Sequence record: PP627280.1
Reading direction: 5' to 3' (one strand)
DNA: 58,460 bases
From: Escherichia phage SHIN8
This document shows positions 38,354-47,739 of the stretch, one piece after another. How positions within the stretch are numbered: the first letter of the stretch is position 1; each line of letters begins with the position of its first letter. The notes beneath the pieces were generated by a model, which was given only the letters and a program-made list of their open reading frames with translations, made no database searches and was not told where the DNA came from. The translations under genes were made by a program, and so were the position numbers.

Positions 38354-39280
38354 TTAATCTAAAGCCTGATCACTTTCATCGCGGAAATGCATAAAGTTTG
38401 CAAAACGCGGTTTATCTTTCACGCCATGAGGGAAGTGTTTATATGAAATAGTCCGACCTTTAATTTTGTCAGGGTTATTCCAATAATAAATCTTATCCTC
38501 TTGCGTTAGTTTACCAGGACTAACGTTGATTGTATTGCCCGTCTTAACGTCTTTACAAACCAACGTCCCGATCATACCGTTAGGAACTTTATTTTCCTGA
38601 TGCGAAGATCGTGTAGTCCTGCCCAGCTCGTTAACAGTAGCTTCATTAAGGTTAGTTTCACCCTCAATAATATCAAGGACAATAGCATCTTCCTGAATAA
38701 AGCGTTTAATACGAAGATATCCACCTTCACGAACTGTGCCGCGCCCATGTTTATAAGGCTTGTCAGGATCACGGATAATAATACCTTCATAACCCATATC
38801 AAGCCAGATGTTTTCCCAGTAGAGCAGCTCTTGTAAAGACTTAACCACACGCATCTCTACCACTTTCAGGTCGAACAATTCACCCTTCGCGTGCTGTGTG
38901 GTTATAAAGTCTTTCATCATGTTGTAGCGAGCTTCATACCCAAGCTCTGCTACACTTTCCGCGCACAGATCAAAGATGTGCCATATTAGCAACGGTTCAC
39001 CTTCAATTGTATTTACCGCACTGGTTGTTTTACGACACAGGTCAGGATCTGTTTCCAACCCTGCTGCAAGTTCACCGTCATAGCCCATGTACTGGGGACC
39101 GCTGAAAATTGCGCTTGTATGGCGGTTTTTAAACAGCTTTAAGCTTCGCCCTACTATCTGCCCGTCCGGATTTAAACCGCGTACACCGTCGATTTTAGGC
39201 AGTATACAGCACGGAAACTTAATCTTTTCTTCAACCGCGTCAGTCGCTAAATGTGGTTTAAATGCCATTGTTAACCTCAT
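38354..39280 (-). CDS. ATP-dependent DNA ligase
   Basis: 308 aa; motif I LPKIDGVRG. Confidence 0.7.
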   Translation of the reverse strand: MRLTMAFKPHLATDAVEEKIKFPCCILPKIDGVRGLNPDGQIVGRSLKLFKNRHTSAIFSGPQYMGYDGELAAGLETDPDLCRKTTSAVNTIEGEPLLIWHIFDLCAESVAELGYEARYNMMKDFITTQHAKGELFDLKVVEMRVVKSLQELLYWENIWLDMGYEGIIIRDPDKPYKHGRGTVREGGYLRIKRFIQEDAIVLDIIEGETNLNEATVNELGRTTRSSHQENKVPNGMIGTLVCKDVKTGNTINVSPGKLTQEDKIYYWNNPDKIKGRTISYKHFPHGVKDKPRFANFMHFRDESDQALD

Positions 39281-39899
39281 TCATAATAATCATGTTGATG
39301 AGAACTGCCACGTATACCGCAACGTTCTAAAAGTATTGCAGCTTTTTGAGCTTTCTCTTTCATACGGGTATTACGGCGTAAATGTCCGCTACCCTTTTTA
39401 GGTCTATTTTCCTTTTTCTTTGCTTCGGAAATAAGCTCTTTGCATTCCTGCAAACGGATCTTGCTTCTTTCCAATCGCATAGCAGAACGCGCACGTTCAT
39501 CGCAAAATCTTTGGGCTTTACTACGTTGGTCTTGCGTACTTGTATGACCTTTAACGTGGCGGAACTCAATAGTTAGATTATATTTACGCAATTGATCGTT
39601 CAACCATTTGAAAGCTACACCTTCCTGTTCACTTTTCCAGCTTGCTTCTTTATACACTTTAATAGCTGTTGAACAATCTGTTTGCACAATTAAATGATCG
39701 CCTGGATGGATTAATTTAGCCTTCAATCCCTCCCAAATAACATTACAGATTGCCATTGTTTCAGCTGCATTATTATCAGGAGCTCCACGTAACGGCCCAC
39801 CGTTAGCGTTATTTCCACGGTTGCACACTACCCAGCCACCGTATCCCGCGGCTTTGTATTTGGACAAAAACTTGCATCAGATATAATTGTTACTCTCAT
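39277..39899 (-). pseudogene. ribonuclease H, interrupted by frameshift at an A5/T5 run
   Basis: N-terminal MRVTIISDASF is in another frame from the track ORF (TTG start at 39867); one extra T at 39866-39870 gives continuous ..SDASFLSKYKAAGYGGW..TDC.. Confidence 0.5.
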
Positions 39900-39911
39900 T
39901 ATTTATCCTTA

Positions 39912-39935
39912 ATAAAAAGGGGTCTGTTGACCCCC
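39912..39935 (-). terminator. intrinsic terminator upstream of RNase H
   Basis: GGGGTC-aaca-GACCCC followed by TTTTT on minus strand. Confidence 0.5.
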
Positions 39936-39940
39936 TATAG

Positions 39941-40171
39941 TTATGCAGGAATGGATTCTTCCGGTACTTCCGGAATAACAATCTCAATTTCTTCCTCATT
40001 CTGGAAGGTTAGTCGAAACCCGTCTCCTGGACGCCCGAAAGCAAAGGTAAGGGCTATCGTATTATCCTGCTCGTAATGACAGATGCTTTCTACTTTCATT
40101 TCGTTACCGTAAAAGTCACGGTAAATCATTCCAGGTAGCGCATCGGTCGCTTTGATCTTTCTTACAGCCAT
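39941..40171 (-). CDS. hypothetical protein
   Basis: track ORF trimmed to internal ATG (MAVRKIKATD..). Confidence 0.35.
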   Translation of the reverse strand: MAVRKIKATDALPGMIYRDFYGNEMKVESICHYEQDNTIALTFAFGRPGDGFRLTFQNEEEIEIVIPEVPEESIPA

Positions 40172-40181
40172 TATTCCCCGT

Positions 40182-40973
40182 TTACAGTTTGTCTTTGAAC
40201 TCTTCGATATATTGCTCGATCGGATACTGCTTACGCTTGAAACGATCAAACAAGATTTTAGCAGATTCTACGTCTTCGTCGCTCTCTTTACTTGCGCCCG
40301 GTGCCATAAAATCACGCCATGTAAAACCGTTCAGATTATGCATCTTAGCGATGTGCTTGTTGTAACGGCTTTCCCAGTCCACACGCGGACCTTCCATCGT
40401 GCGTAAACCGCGCCCAAGCACCTGTACATATAGATCTTTCTGACGTTGTACAGCTTCGCCATTATAAGGTCCGGTTTTAAACTCAACAATACTACCGTTA
40501 AGATCTACACCATCTGCAAAGTTGTGTAGCATAGTTTCAATGACGTCATTCAATGTTGGAACCGCCACTTTACCCTGAGCAATACCTGCTAAATAACCGA
40601 CGTTTTCTTCACCGTACAACTCGATCAGTTCTTTCTTGGTTGCTTCTGCTTCTTTGTTTGCGGACAAAGCCAACATCTGTTGTTCGAACATGTGCTCCTG
40701 TTCCAGGAAGTGAGCATAGCGCTCTTCGTCTACTTTGCACACAATCCATTTATATTCAACATCCTTGCTGAAGTCCGGATACTGATCTACTTCTACTACT
40801 TCCGTAGCAAAGAACTTGCCGTTATGTTGAATAACAACTGTATCGCCCGGCTGCAATTCGTCACTTTCCAGAGCACGGTAGGTATAAAGACGCCCACTCG
40901 CTTCAAACTTAACTTTGACAGTTACAACGCCTTTTAACAGAGCATGATAAGCTTTCTGAAATTCTTTACGCAT
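40182..40973 (-). CDS. hypothetical protein
   Basis: 263-aa ORF. Confidence 0.4.
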   Translation of the reverse strand: MRKEFQKAYHALLKGVVTVKVKFEASGRLYTYRALESDELQPGDTVVIQHNGKFFATEVVEVDQYPDFSKDVEYKWIVCKVDEERYAHFLEQEHMFEQQMLALSANKEAEATKKELIELYGEENVGYLAGIAQGKVAVPTLNDVIETMLHNFADGVDLNGSIVEFKTGPYNGEAVQRQKDLYVQVLGRGLRTMEGPRVDWESRYNKHIAKMHNLNGFTWRDFMAPGASKESDEDVESAKILFDRFKRKQYPIEQYIEEFKDKL

Positions 40974-41015
40974 TTTTAGTTTCCTCTTGGGCGGATTGAC
41001 CGCCCGTTAATGTGG

Positions 41016-41426
41016 TTAAGCTTTATTTGGAACGATTTCCAGTGACGCGGAACCAACTTTCGATTCAACGCACTGGTTAAAGACTGCGGCTTGCTCCGCT
41101 GTAAGTTTACGCCAAGCCGCAACTTTCAACACAGGTTTATTTTCTACAAGCTGATCAACGTTAACACCAACTTTAATCAGATCGCCCAGGATTCCGTTAA
41201 GACTTGGAAGATCAATCTTACGATCAATCTTGTGAGTCATTTTCATAACCCCGCCAGTAATTTCAACTTTATTAGTCCCCTCAGACGGCGCTGGGAAATA
41301 GGACTTAATAATCTTTTCGCGTAGTGCTCGCTCGCGAGCTTGAAGCTTTTGTAATTCTGCTTTGGTTTTATACCACTCAATAACATCTGCTTCGGTTGCT
41401 TGTACTGCTTTATCTGCGTCGAACAT
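41016..41426 (-). CDS. hypothetical protein
   Basis: track ORF begins at TTG; internal ATG 41426 has GAGGA RBS. Confidence 0.4.
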   Translation of the reverse strand: MFDADKAVQATEADVIEWYKTKAELQKLQARERALREKIIKSYFPAPSEGTNKVEITGGVMKMTHKIDRKIDLPSLNGILGDLIKVGVNVDQLVENKPVLKVAAWRKLTAEQAAVFNQCVESKVGSASLEIVPNKA

Positions 41427-41489
41427 TTTTCTATCCTCTGTTGTGTTTCGATGTATGTATAATAGCGCATCCATGTGACAGGGCAAGAC

Positions 41490-41660
41490 TCAATCTGTAT
41501 CAATTAATCTTTTTAAACGGATTAGTAATCTAGCAACCTTCCTCCATTCAGCATCCTCCATTAATGGTGAAGGCTTATACGCTTCAGGTATCGGACAAGG
41601 TATATAGGGTTCCATGTCAGATATTACTTGCTTTGATAACTTTTTCTTCCGTTTACCCAT
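41490..41660 (-). CDS. small basic protein (56 aa), not in ORF track
   Basis: ATG ORF MGKRKKKLSKQ... below track threshold; weak RBS. Confidence 0.25.
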   Translation of the reverse strand: MGKRKKKLSKQVISDMEPYIPCPIPEAYKPSPLMEDAEWRKVARLLIRLKRLIDTD

Positions 41661-41667
41661 AAATAAC

Positions 41668-42423
41668 CTATTTCAAATAGCGGGAAGTCATAATTGGATG
41701 CAAAGACACTTCTTCCTCAGATGTAACCACATTGCGCTTCCCTGAGCAAGGCACTTCTAATTCAATTTCAGCTGCCCCACAGACACGGCATTGATGTAAT
41801 GCAATTTCACCATTTCTATCCTTGATGCACTCAGGGGCGTCCGGATCGCTATTAATATATAATTCATGACCGTTTATAAAAGGTCGCATATCCCGTTTAC
41901 GATAAGCTACACCCGTTGACCCGAAACCATTAGCACCGCGCTCAGTAGTCTTGAGCTCGTCTACTTCTACCAATTGCACGCTGGGCAGCTTAATAAGCAT
42001 AGCTTGCGCAATGCGATCACCATGATTGACAGTAAAACTACCATCGTTATCGATGGTCATCTTAACCTTAAGTTCTCCAGTGTAGTCGCTATCAATGACG
42101 CCCACGCAGTTTGCCAGACGCACGTCATTTTTGAATCCGTGCCCGCTACGGGAATAGACCATAAGCGCGTAACCTTCAGGAATATCAAACGCTAACCCTG
42201 TGCGGAATATGTGCTCGTAAGAGAAAATGATTTGTTCACAACCGTCTTCACTTTTGAGATCCGCGTGCAGGTCAAAGCAAGCTGCCCCGGCAGTGGCAAA
42301 CGCTGGTAGAATTGCCGTGTCAGTTAAACGTTTCACACCGACCGGAATTGTGCTTAATGATGCAGCAAATTTTTCAACATCAATTGCAAAAGAATTTTTT
42401 GTGATATTTAATACATCAGTCAT
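41668..42423 (-). CDS. dut: dUTP diphosphatase with C-terminal zinc-ribbon extension
   Basis: 251 aa; GVIDSDYTGE, SRSG, RIAQ, GFGSTG motifs; C-terminal CRVCG...PCSG. Confidence 0.7.
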   Translation of the reverse strand: MTDVLNITKNSFAIDVEKFAASLSTIPVGVKRLTDTAILPAFATAGAACFDLHADLKSEDGCEQIIFSYEHIFRTGLAFDIPEGYALMVYSRSGHGFKNDVRLANCVGVIDSDYTGELKVKMTIDNDGSFTVNHGDRIAQAMLIKLPSVQLVEVDELKTTERGANGFGSTGVAYRKRDMRPFINGHELYINSDPDAPECIKDRNGEIALHQCRVCGAAEIELEVPCSGKRNVVTSEEEVSLHPIMTSRYLK

Positions 42424-42455
42424 AATTTCACCTTATTGAATTGAACCGCGATCAA

Positions 42456-42977
42456 TTAACCATTGTTGGAAAATTCACCGTGCAAAATTGCACGCATTTC
42501 CTTCAGCCATTGTGTCGCTTTATTTTTACCTTCATCATTAAATGGGAAATACCTATAATAGTTTTTACCATTCAGCCGAATCTGCGCTAACCAACTATTG
42601 CTGCTTTTAGATTTGTTATGTGTAAGACCTTTAACCCCGCTTGAATTGTTACTATATTTAAATCTATTATGTGCGTTCTGACTAGAATCGCAAGCCCTCA
42701 AATTGTATTGAGCATTATTCAGTTTATTGCAGTCATCATGATCAATTTCTTCAGGTTCTTCATCATAGAGCATTTTCCAGATTATACGGTGGACAAAATA
42801 TGAAATGCCATCAATCTTTGTTCTAAGATGACCAGTTGTATGAACCCATCCAACGCAAGATCCCTTTGGAGCTCTGTTGCTTCTATGAATCTTCCATGTT
42901 AATGCACCCGTCGACGGATCATAGTCAAACAGCTCCAGAAGCTGCTCTTGTGTAAGGTGTATAGGCTTCGCTTTCAT
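42456..42977 (-). CDS. HNH homing endonuclease with AP2-like DNA-binding domain
   Basis: 173 aa; HRIIW...DHDDCNKLNN HNH_3-type motif; AT-rich. Confidence 0.65.
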   Translation of the reverse strand: MKAKPIHLTQEQLLELFDYDPSTGALTWKIHRSNRAPKGSCVGWVHTTGHLRTKIDGISYFVHRIIWKMLYDEEPEEIDHDDCNKLNNAQYNLRACDSSQNAHNRFKYSNNSSGVKGLTHNKSKSSNSWLAQIRLNGKNYYRYFPFNDEGKNKATQWLKEMRAILHGEFSNNG

Positions 42978-43444
42978 GATATGAGTGAACCCCTCTCAAT
43001 CAAGTAGCATTTCGCGTGCGCTTTAAAAATAATGCGGTAGTCATCAAGACTAATTTCCGCGCGGATGGAATCTTTAACTTCATACCACTGCCATTCACCA
43101 TTACTGAAGACAACCGGATTAAGCGGTAGAACAACCTTCCATCCTTTACGTTCTATTTTATACATCAGAACTGGATATCTGCCAAGCTCTTTAGCAGATT
43201 GAACAGTCTGCTTCCACCATGTGTTTACTTGTGGCGTAGCATGGTTTTTTACTTCAACCGCATGGTGGCATGTATTGCTAATGTCGCAACCCCCGACCGC
43301 ACTTTGATTCTGGTTACGCTGAGCAATAGGTTTTTCCGGTAACTGCATCCCCAGCTCTGCGTAAATTTCGGCATAAATTGCATTAAAGAAGTCACATACT
43401 TCCCGCTCACCGCGTTGACCTTTAGCGCGAATATTTACTGCCAT
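42974..43444 (-). CDS. PD-(D/E)XK-type nuclease (possible Holliday junction resolvase)
   Basis: 156 aa; GQRGEREV...D...EVK arrangement. Confidence 0.4.
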   Translation of the reverse strand: MAVNIRAKGQRGEREVCDFFNAIYAEIYAELGMQLPEKPIAQRNQNQSAVGGCDISNTCHHAVEVKNHATPQVNTWWKQTVQSAKELGRYPVLMYKIERKGWKVVLPLNPVVFSNGEWQWYEVKDSIRAEISLDDYRIIFKAHAKCYLIERGSLIS

Positions 43445-43445
43445 T

Positions 43446-43748
43446 TCAAATCCCCTTTAAAGACTCACCAATAATCCGTTTAATTTTACATAGTCTGCGA
43501 ACTTGAGTAAAGAACGCTCCGTTTTTCCATGGTACGCCAAAATCTCCGGTTGTGATTGGTTGCATAAAACCTGGAAGAACAATGCTAGCGCTAGCTGTAA
43601 CTCCATCCGGTTTATTGTCAATAGTGATAATATAGTCTTCGTCCATTTTACTCATAATGCAACCAGACTCGACATCCGTCCCCATATAACGCACTTGCAC
43701 AGACCATCCTGATTGCGACAGGTGCTGTTTAAATTCTTCATATGTCAT
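43446..43748 (-). CDS. hypothetical protein
   Basis: 100-aa ORF. Confidence 0.4.
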   Translation of the reverse strand: MTYEEFKQHLSQSGWSVQVRYMGTDVESGCIMSKMDEDYIITIDNKPDGVTASASIVLPGFMQPITTGDFGVPWKNGAFFTQVRRLCKIKRIIGESLKGI

Positions 43749-43787
43749 ATAATCTCCAAAAGTTGAATATAAAACACTTCATAAAGA

Positions 43788-43816
43788 ATTTTATATTGAA
43801 GTTCTGTTGATCTCAA
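43788..43816 (-). promoter_or_regulatory. candidate sigma70-type promoter (TTGAGA-17-TAAAAT)
   Basis: hexamers read on minus strand, just downstream of a terminator and ~40 nt upstream of the 43748 start. Confidence 0.3.
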
Positions 43817-43820
43817 GGAA

Positions 43821-43852
43821 CAAAAAAGCCCAGGCATAAGGATTCCTGGGCT
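43821..43852 (-). terminator. intrinsic terminator
   Basis: AGCCCAGG-10 nt loop-CCTGGGCT followed by TTTTTTG on minus strand. Confidence 0.55.
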
Positions 43853-43958
43853 CTCTTGATTGTCGGATAGCTTACTTTGACTGCCGTCTTCGTCTATCCT
43901 GGCCTACTTGTACAGCCTCGCCAAAGGCTGGTGACGGTTTGGTACATCTGGCGCCGTC

Positions 43959-44095
43959 GCGTTAAACATCGTTCACATCGTTCAGTAAGTTGCGGGTTTA
44001 CCCTGTCCGCTCCAGGAAGCCCAGCGAAAGTAGTTGCTGTAAGGAGGTACAGCTACCGCTTTCAAGGGCTTGAGTTAAGCATCGTTCACTAAGTT
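43959..44095. repeat. direct repeats of CATCGTTCA(C/G)(TAAGTT) in a ~300-bp non-coding region
   Basis: copies at 43967-43976, 43977-43991 and 44080-44095. Confidence 0.7.
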
Positions 44096-44164
44096 AATGT
44101 TGTTAAATTGTTAAACCTCGTTAACTGTGGTTATCTTAAAGGATGCAGTCTTGAATGGCAAGCT

Positions 44165-44482
44165 TCAATTTTGCGCGGTCCCCTTTGCCGCTTTTGGTGC
44201 TAAAGTACCATCATTTAACATCAACTCAAAACCTGTTACTTGATCGGTTGGAACAATAGGGTAATTCATGATAGCCATGTGGATACAACACCCTCCATCA
44301 CATTCGTCGATGTATTCACTACCCCAATAGTATAAATGACCATCTCTTCGAATATCCATTGCTGTAGGGAAATCTACAAGAATTCTTTTGATTTCTTTTC
44401 GTCCTTCTTTATGCAGATTAGTTTCAATACGGATAAGCTCCGCATAAATTGCTTCACAGATAGTATTTACAATTCCCATCAT
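44165..44482 (-). CDS. hypothetical protein
   Basis: 105-aa ORF with CDGGCC cluster. Confidence 0.4.
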   Translation of the reverse strand: MMGIVNTICEAIYAELIRIETNLHKEGRKEIKRILVDFPTAMDIRRDGHLYYWGSEYIDECDGGCCIHMAIMNYPIVPTDQVTGFELMLNDGTLAPKAAKGTAQN

Positions 44483-44689
44483 TTACCCCCTTAAGTTTTG
44501 AATCATTCTATCACAGGCAGCTTTTACAGAAGAGTTCTGCCAGTCTTCTTCAATTTGTGAAGGTTCTTCAGGCGAATAAGCAGCACTAATCAAGCACTGA
44601 TTATAACCTTCAATATAAGCTTGCTTTGCGGTATCGACTATTGCTCGTAAAGCGATATTGAATAATTGTTGATCCATTTTACACCTCAC
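44483..44689 (-). CDS. hypothetical protein
   Basis: 68 aa; GTG start overlapping stop of upstream micro-ORF. Confidence 0.4.
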   Translation of the reverse strand: MRCKMDQQLFNIALRAIVDTAKQAYIEGYNQCLISAAYSPEEPSQIEEDWQNSSVKAACDRMIQNLRG

Positions 44690-44760
44690 AGAATGTACAT
44701 AAACCAGAAATAACCAGCTACGAAAATAGCACCCGCAAATAATTTTAAAAGCTCGAACAT
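44686..44760 (-). CDS. 24-aa hydrophobic micro-protein (MFELLKLFAGAIFVAGYFWFMYIL)
   Basis: ATG with strong GGAGGG RBS; stop overlaps next start (GTGA); candidate promoter upstream. Confidence 0.35.
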   Translation of the reverse strand: MFELLKLFAGAIFVAGYFWFMYIL

Positions 44761-44787
44761 TGTTCCCTCCGTTAACTTTATGCTGTA

Positions 44788-44815
44788 AGTATAGCAGGAC
44801 TTACGATGTATGCAA
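44788..44815 (-). promoter_or_regulatory. candidate sigma70-type promoter (TTGCAT-16-TATACT)
   Basis: hexamers on minus strand ~30 nt upstream of the micro-ORF. Confidence 0.3.
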
Positions 44816-44918
44816 CAACTTTAGACTTGAAATACATCTATAAAATAGCACGATTTGCCTTTACCTCTGATCCGTCTAGCTGTACTATTAACACATAAAC
44901 AGAGCGGAGGATTACAAA

Positions 44919-45143
44919 ATGGTCATGCTGAATAAAGTATATAGCACAATGGGCGCGGATTATAAAGTTGTACGTCACCCGCGTACTGGTAAATTTGAAG
45001 CGTATATCCGTCCAATGGGTGAAAGTTGGATGTATTACGGTACTTATGATGACGCTGAGCAAGCTTATAAAGAAGCGGAAAGTGCGGCGGAAGCATCCGA
45101 AATTATGGCAAGGTACGACGTCGATGATTACTACCTTAACTAA
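44919..45143 (+). CDS. hypothetical acidic protein, lone plus-strand gene inside minus-strand block
   Basis: 74 aa; GGAGGA RBS; followed by terminator. Confidence 0.45.
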   Translation: MVMLNKVYSTMGADYKVVRHPRTGKFEAYIRPMGESWMYYGTYDDAEQAYKEAESAAEASEIMARYDVDDYYLN

Positions 45144-45147
45144 CAAT

Positions 45148-45172
45148 AAAGGGCCATTTGGCCCTTTATTTA
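45148..45172. terminator. bidirectional intrinsic terminator
   Basis: AAAGGGCC-attt-GGCCCTTT with T-rich flanks. Confidence 0.5.
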
Positions 45173-47512
45173 TTCCTCTTCTCCTAAGTTTGCCATAATA
45201 CCTTCAACATCTTGCGTAATGCGCCAAGCGGCCCCAGTAAATCCCAGTTTGATAGTTTCCTCCCGTGTTACCGGAACAAGAGCACCCATAGCAACCATCT
45301 CTTTGATCGTAGACTCAATTGCTGCGGACAATCCGTGGTGATAGTTTTTAAACGCGGACTTACTTGCAAGACGAGTAGTAATATCACCCCGCGTGATAAT
45401 ACCTTCTTTACGCAGATCTACACGTTTAACTTTCACCCAATCTTTAGTTAGATAATTGACACAAACTTGGCACATAGTACGGATACGAGCTTCGTCATTA
45501 GTACCGATACCCCCACTATGCCATTCCTTCATAATGATATCCTGTCCATGACGCACAAAGTCTAAGGCCCATTGTACATGATAGGTCTGCACAACCGGAT
45601 TGATCCAGTTTTCTCCCACAGCTAACAGGGCGGATAGACGTAATACCTTCAGGTGCGCACGGTTCCACGGCTGACGGATCGCTTCGTCTTTGGTTGCGTT
45701 AATATTACGGTCACATTCATCGTTAAACTGATCACATAATGCTTCCGCTTCTGGACTAAACTGCACTTCAATACTTTGATGCTTTGCCATTGCGACTAAG
45801 GTGTGGTTAACAAGATGGCACACCATATCCCGCAAATGCTGATCCATTGTAGTCTGCTGGTTCTTGTTTAAAGGTGGTCGATCCCCTTCATAGCGGACAA
45901 CATGGAAACGGGATAAGAATCCATCCTCCATCATTTCACGGGTTAAAGCTTCAAAAAACGTGTCCGGTGTCGTTTCGCCCATGATGCTATAGGCCACACC
46001 TTGTTGAGCTTCCGTATTATTAGCCTTATCAGAATAAGACATACCACCAACAATAGACATCTGACCGGACTTTTGATAAACATCGGTAAGGTCATTCTTG
46101 AAGCTTTGCATCGGTGAACCTGCTGGCGCCGTTGCCATTGCTTTGATAATCTTACCAAACTCACCGTTCAAGTTGATAAAAGATTGTTTGTCTGCAAAAG
46201 ATTTACGCAGTGCGGAGCCGGAAGCGCATCGGTCAAAAGATACAAAGCTATGAATCTGCGGAAACGGTTCCTGAAGCTGGCTAACTATATTAGATAGGCC
46301 GCTGTTCAACGTTTCTTTACCAACACCTGAACGAGCAATAAGGACGAAATATCCATTAAGACCAGATTGCGGAATCTGCCAAACCTTCCCGCATACGCCA
46401 GCCATAAATCCTAGTGCTGTCACAATAGAAATTTCTTTCACTGGTCGGACAGATGCTTTGTAGATGTACTTCGCAAGCTCCCCAGCAAGTCCCGGCGGCC
46501 AGTCAATGGCGGTTGCATCAATAGATGTACTTTCTGCAACTACTGTCTGCCCCTGTGTTGTTTCAACAGTTACGGGCATTTCCGCTACCTGCTGCATTGC
46601 ACTGTGTGCCGCTTGCATACGGGCAGCATAATCCCGCGCCAGCGCCGCTACGTTTTCCTGGGCAATGCGCTCACGCTCCATGCGACCGCGACACATACGC
46701 AAGCAACGGTCAATATGAACATTGTTCTTATTAGCCTTCTCACGTTTGCCCAGTGCACTGTAACGGAACAGACGACGACATTGCTCATTACTTTCCGTGT
46801 AAAATGCATACATAGAAATAAGGGCAAGATCTGCTTCAGACTGGGAAGGGAAACCCATTTCAACCCATTCACCATTGAATAACCGCGCATACTTATCGCC
46901 GTTATCTGCTTCAAGTGCGCGCTGATGAATAGTTGCATCATCTTCTACCGGATCTTTTTCTACCAGTTCAATTTCATATGTCTTGCGCTGAAGATCAATT
47001 TCATTCACAAGCATAGTAAGGTAATGATCACGTTCTGCGACTGGTTTGTTGTAGACGGGATTACCCGTGCAGATAATAAAACGCTCCTGACTATAAACCT
47101 CGACACCATCACGTCGACGACCTTTACCGATGTTACCTCTTAACCACAGGTGGACACCCAAGCCTGAGCGACTCACTTCGGTGTAAGTGTCGAACGCAGT
47201 CATGATCTGTTCGAAGCGGCGCAACTGCTCCGGCGTCGTGTGCTTCTTGGGATCAGGTTCATTGGTTGCGTTCTTCACATCCAGGTCGATGCAGGTGAAC
47301 GGGTCTTGTGCAGTAAGCACAAAGCCAATATAAGGTTTATTGAAATGAGCGGCGCAACCTTTAGCAGCTTCAAACGTCATAAGCATATCCGGATCGGTAA
47401 CGTCCGCCGCCATCAAACGTCCAATATCGCTATCCCATACCAACGGCTTTTTATCCGCATCGGCGACCGCCCATTGTGGGAAAGCTTTAATTTCAGCGGG
47501 AAACAGTTCCAT
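45170..47512 (-). CDS. DNA primase/helicase (primase-polymerase-like N-domain plus P-loop NTPase)
   Basis: 780 aa; Walker A ARSGVGKETL in C-terminal half; acidic catalytic-like CIDLDV...GLGVHLWL N-domain. Confidence 0.65.
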   Translation of the reverse strand: MELFPAEIKAFPQWAVADADKKPLVWDSDIGRLMAADVTDPDMLMTFEAAKGCAAHFNKPYIGFVLTAQDPFTCIDLDVKNATNEPDPKKHTTPEQLRRFEQIMTAFDTYTEVSRSGLGVHLWLRGNIGKGRRRDGVEVYSQERFIICTGNPVYNKPVAERDHYLTMLVNEIDLQRKTYEIELVEKDPVEDDATIHQRALEADNGDKYARLFNGEWVEMGFPSQSEADLALISMYAFYTESNEQCRRLFRYSALGKREKANKNNVHIDRCLRMCRGRMERERIAQENVAALARDYAARMQAAHSAMQQVAEMPVTVETTQGQTVVAESTSIDATAIDWPPGLAGELAKYIYKASVRPVKEISIVTALGFMAGVCGKVWQIPQSGLNGYFVLIARSGVGKETLNSGLSNIVSQLQEPFPQIHSFVSFDRCASGSALRKSFADKQSFINLNGEFGKIIKAMATAPAGSPMQSFKNDLTDVYQKSGQMSIVGGMSYSDKANNTEAQQGVAYSIMGETTPDTFFEALTREMMEDGFLSRFHVVRYEGDRPPLNKNQQTTMDQHLRDMVCHLVNHTLVAMAKHQSIEVQFSPEAEALCDQFNDECDRNINATKDEAIRQPWNRAHLKVLRLSALLAVGENWINPVVQTYHVQWALDFVRHGQDIIMKEWHSGGIGTNDEARIRTMCQVCVNYLTKDWVKVKRVDLRKEGIITRGDITTRLASKSAFKNYHHGLSAAIESTIKEMVAMGALVPVTREETIKLGFTGAAWRITQDVEGIMANLGEEE

Positions 47513-47523
47513 GATTTATCCTT

Positions 47524-47739
47524 TTACTGAGAACTAACCATTGCACAACCGATGGCAGCAAATAAGTGCTTCTTAGTCTCGTTGATCACTTTCTCTGCAT
47601 CCAGATAGCTCTCATAATGTCCAAGGTAAATAATAGTCCCTGCAACCATGATATAAGCTGTGCGGTAATGCATGTAATGCCCAATGAACCATCCCTGCTC
47701 CCGAAGCTTATTTTGTCCAACTTCACTAAGTACCATCAT
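47524..47739 (-). CDS. hypothetical protein
   Basis: 71-aa ORF. Confidence 0.35.
   Translation of the reverse strand: MMVLSEVGQNKLREQGWFIGHYMHYRTAYIMVAGTIIYLGHYESYLDAEKVINETKKHLFAAIGCAMVSSQ

Noticed and set aside
43877-44092. Plus-strand 71-aa Arg-rich ORF in the repeat-bearing non-coding region
   Set aside because: TTG start, no RBS, Arg-rich low-complexity translation; region is better explained as non-coding with direct repeats
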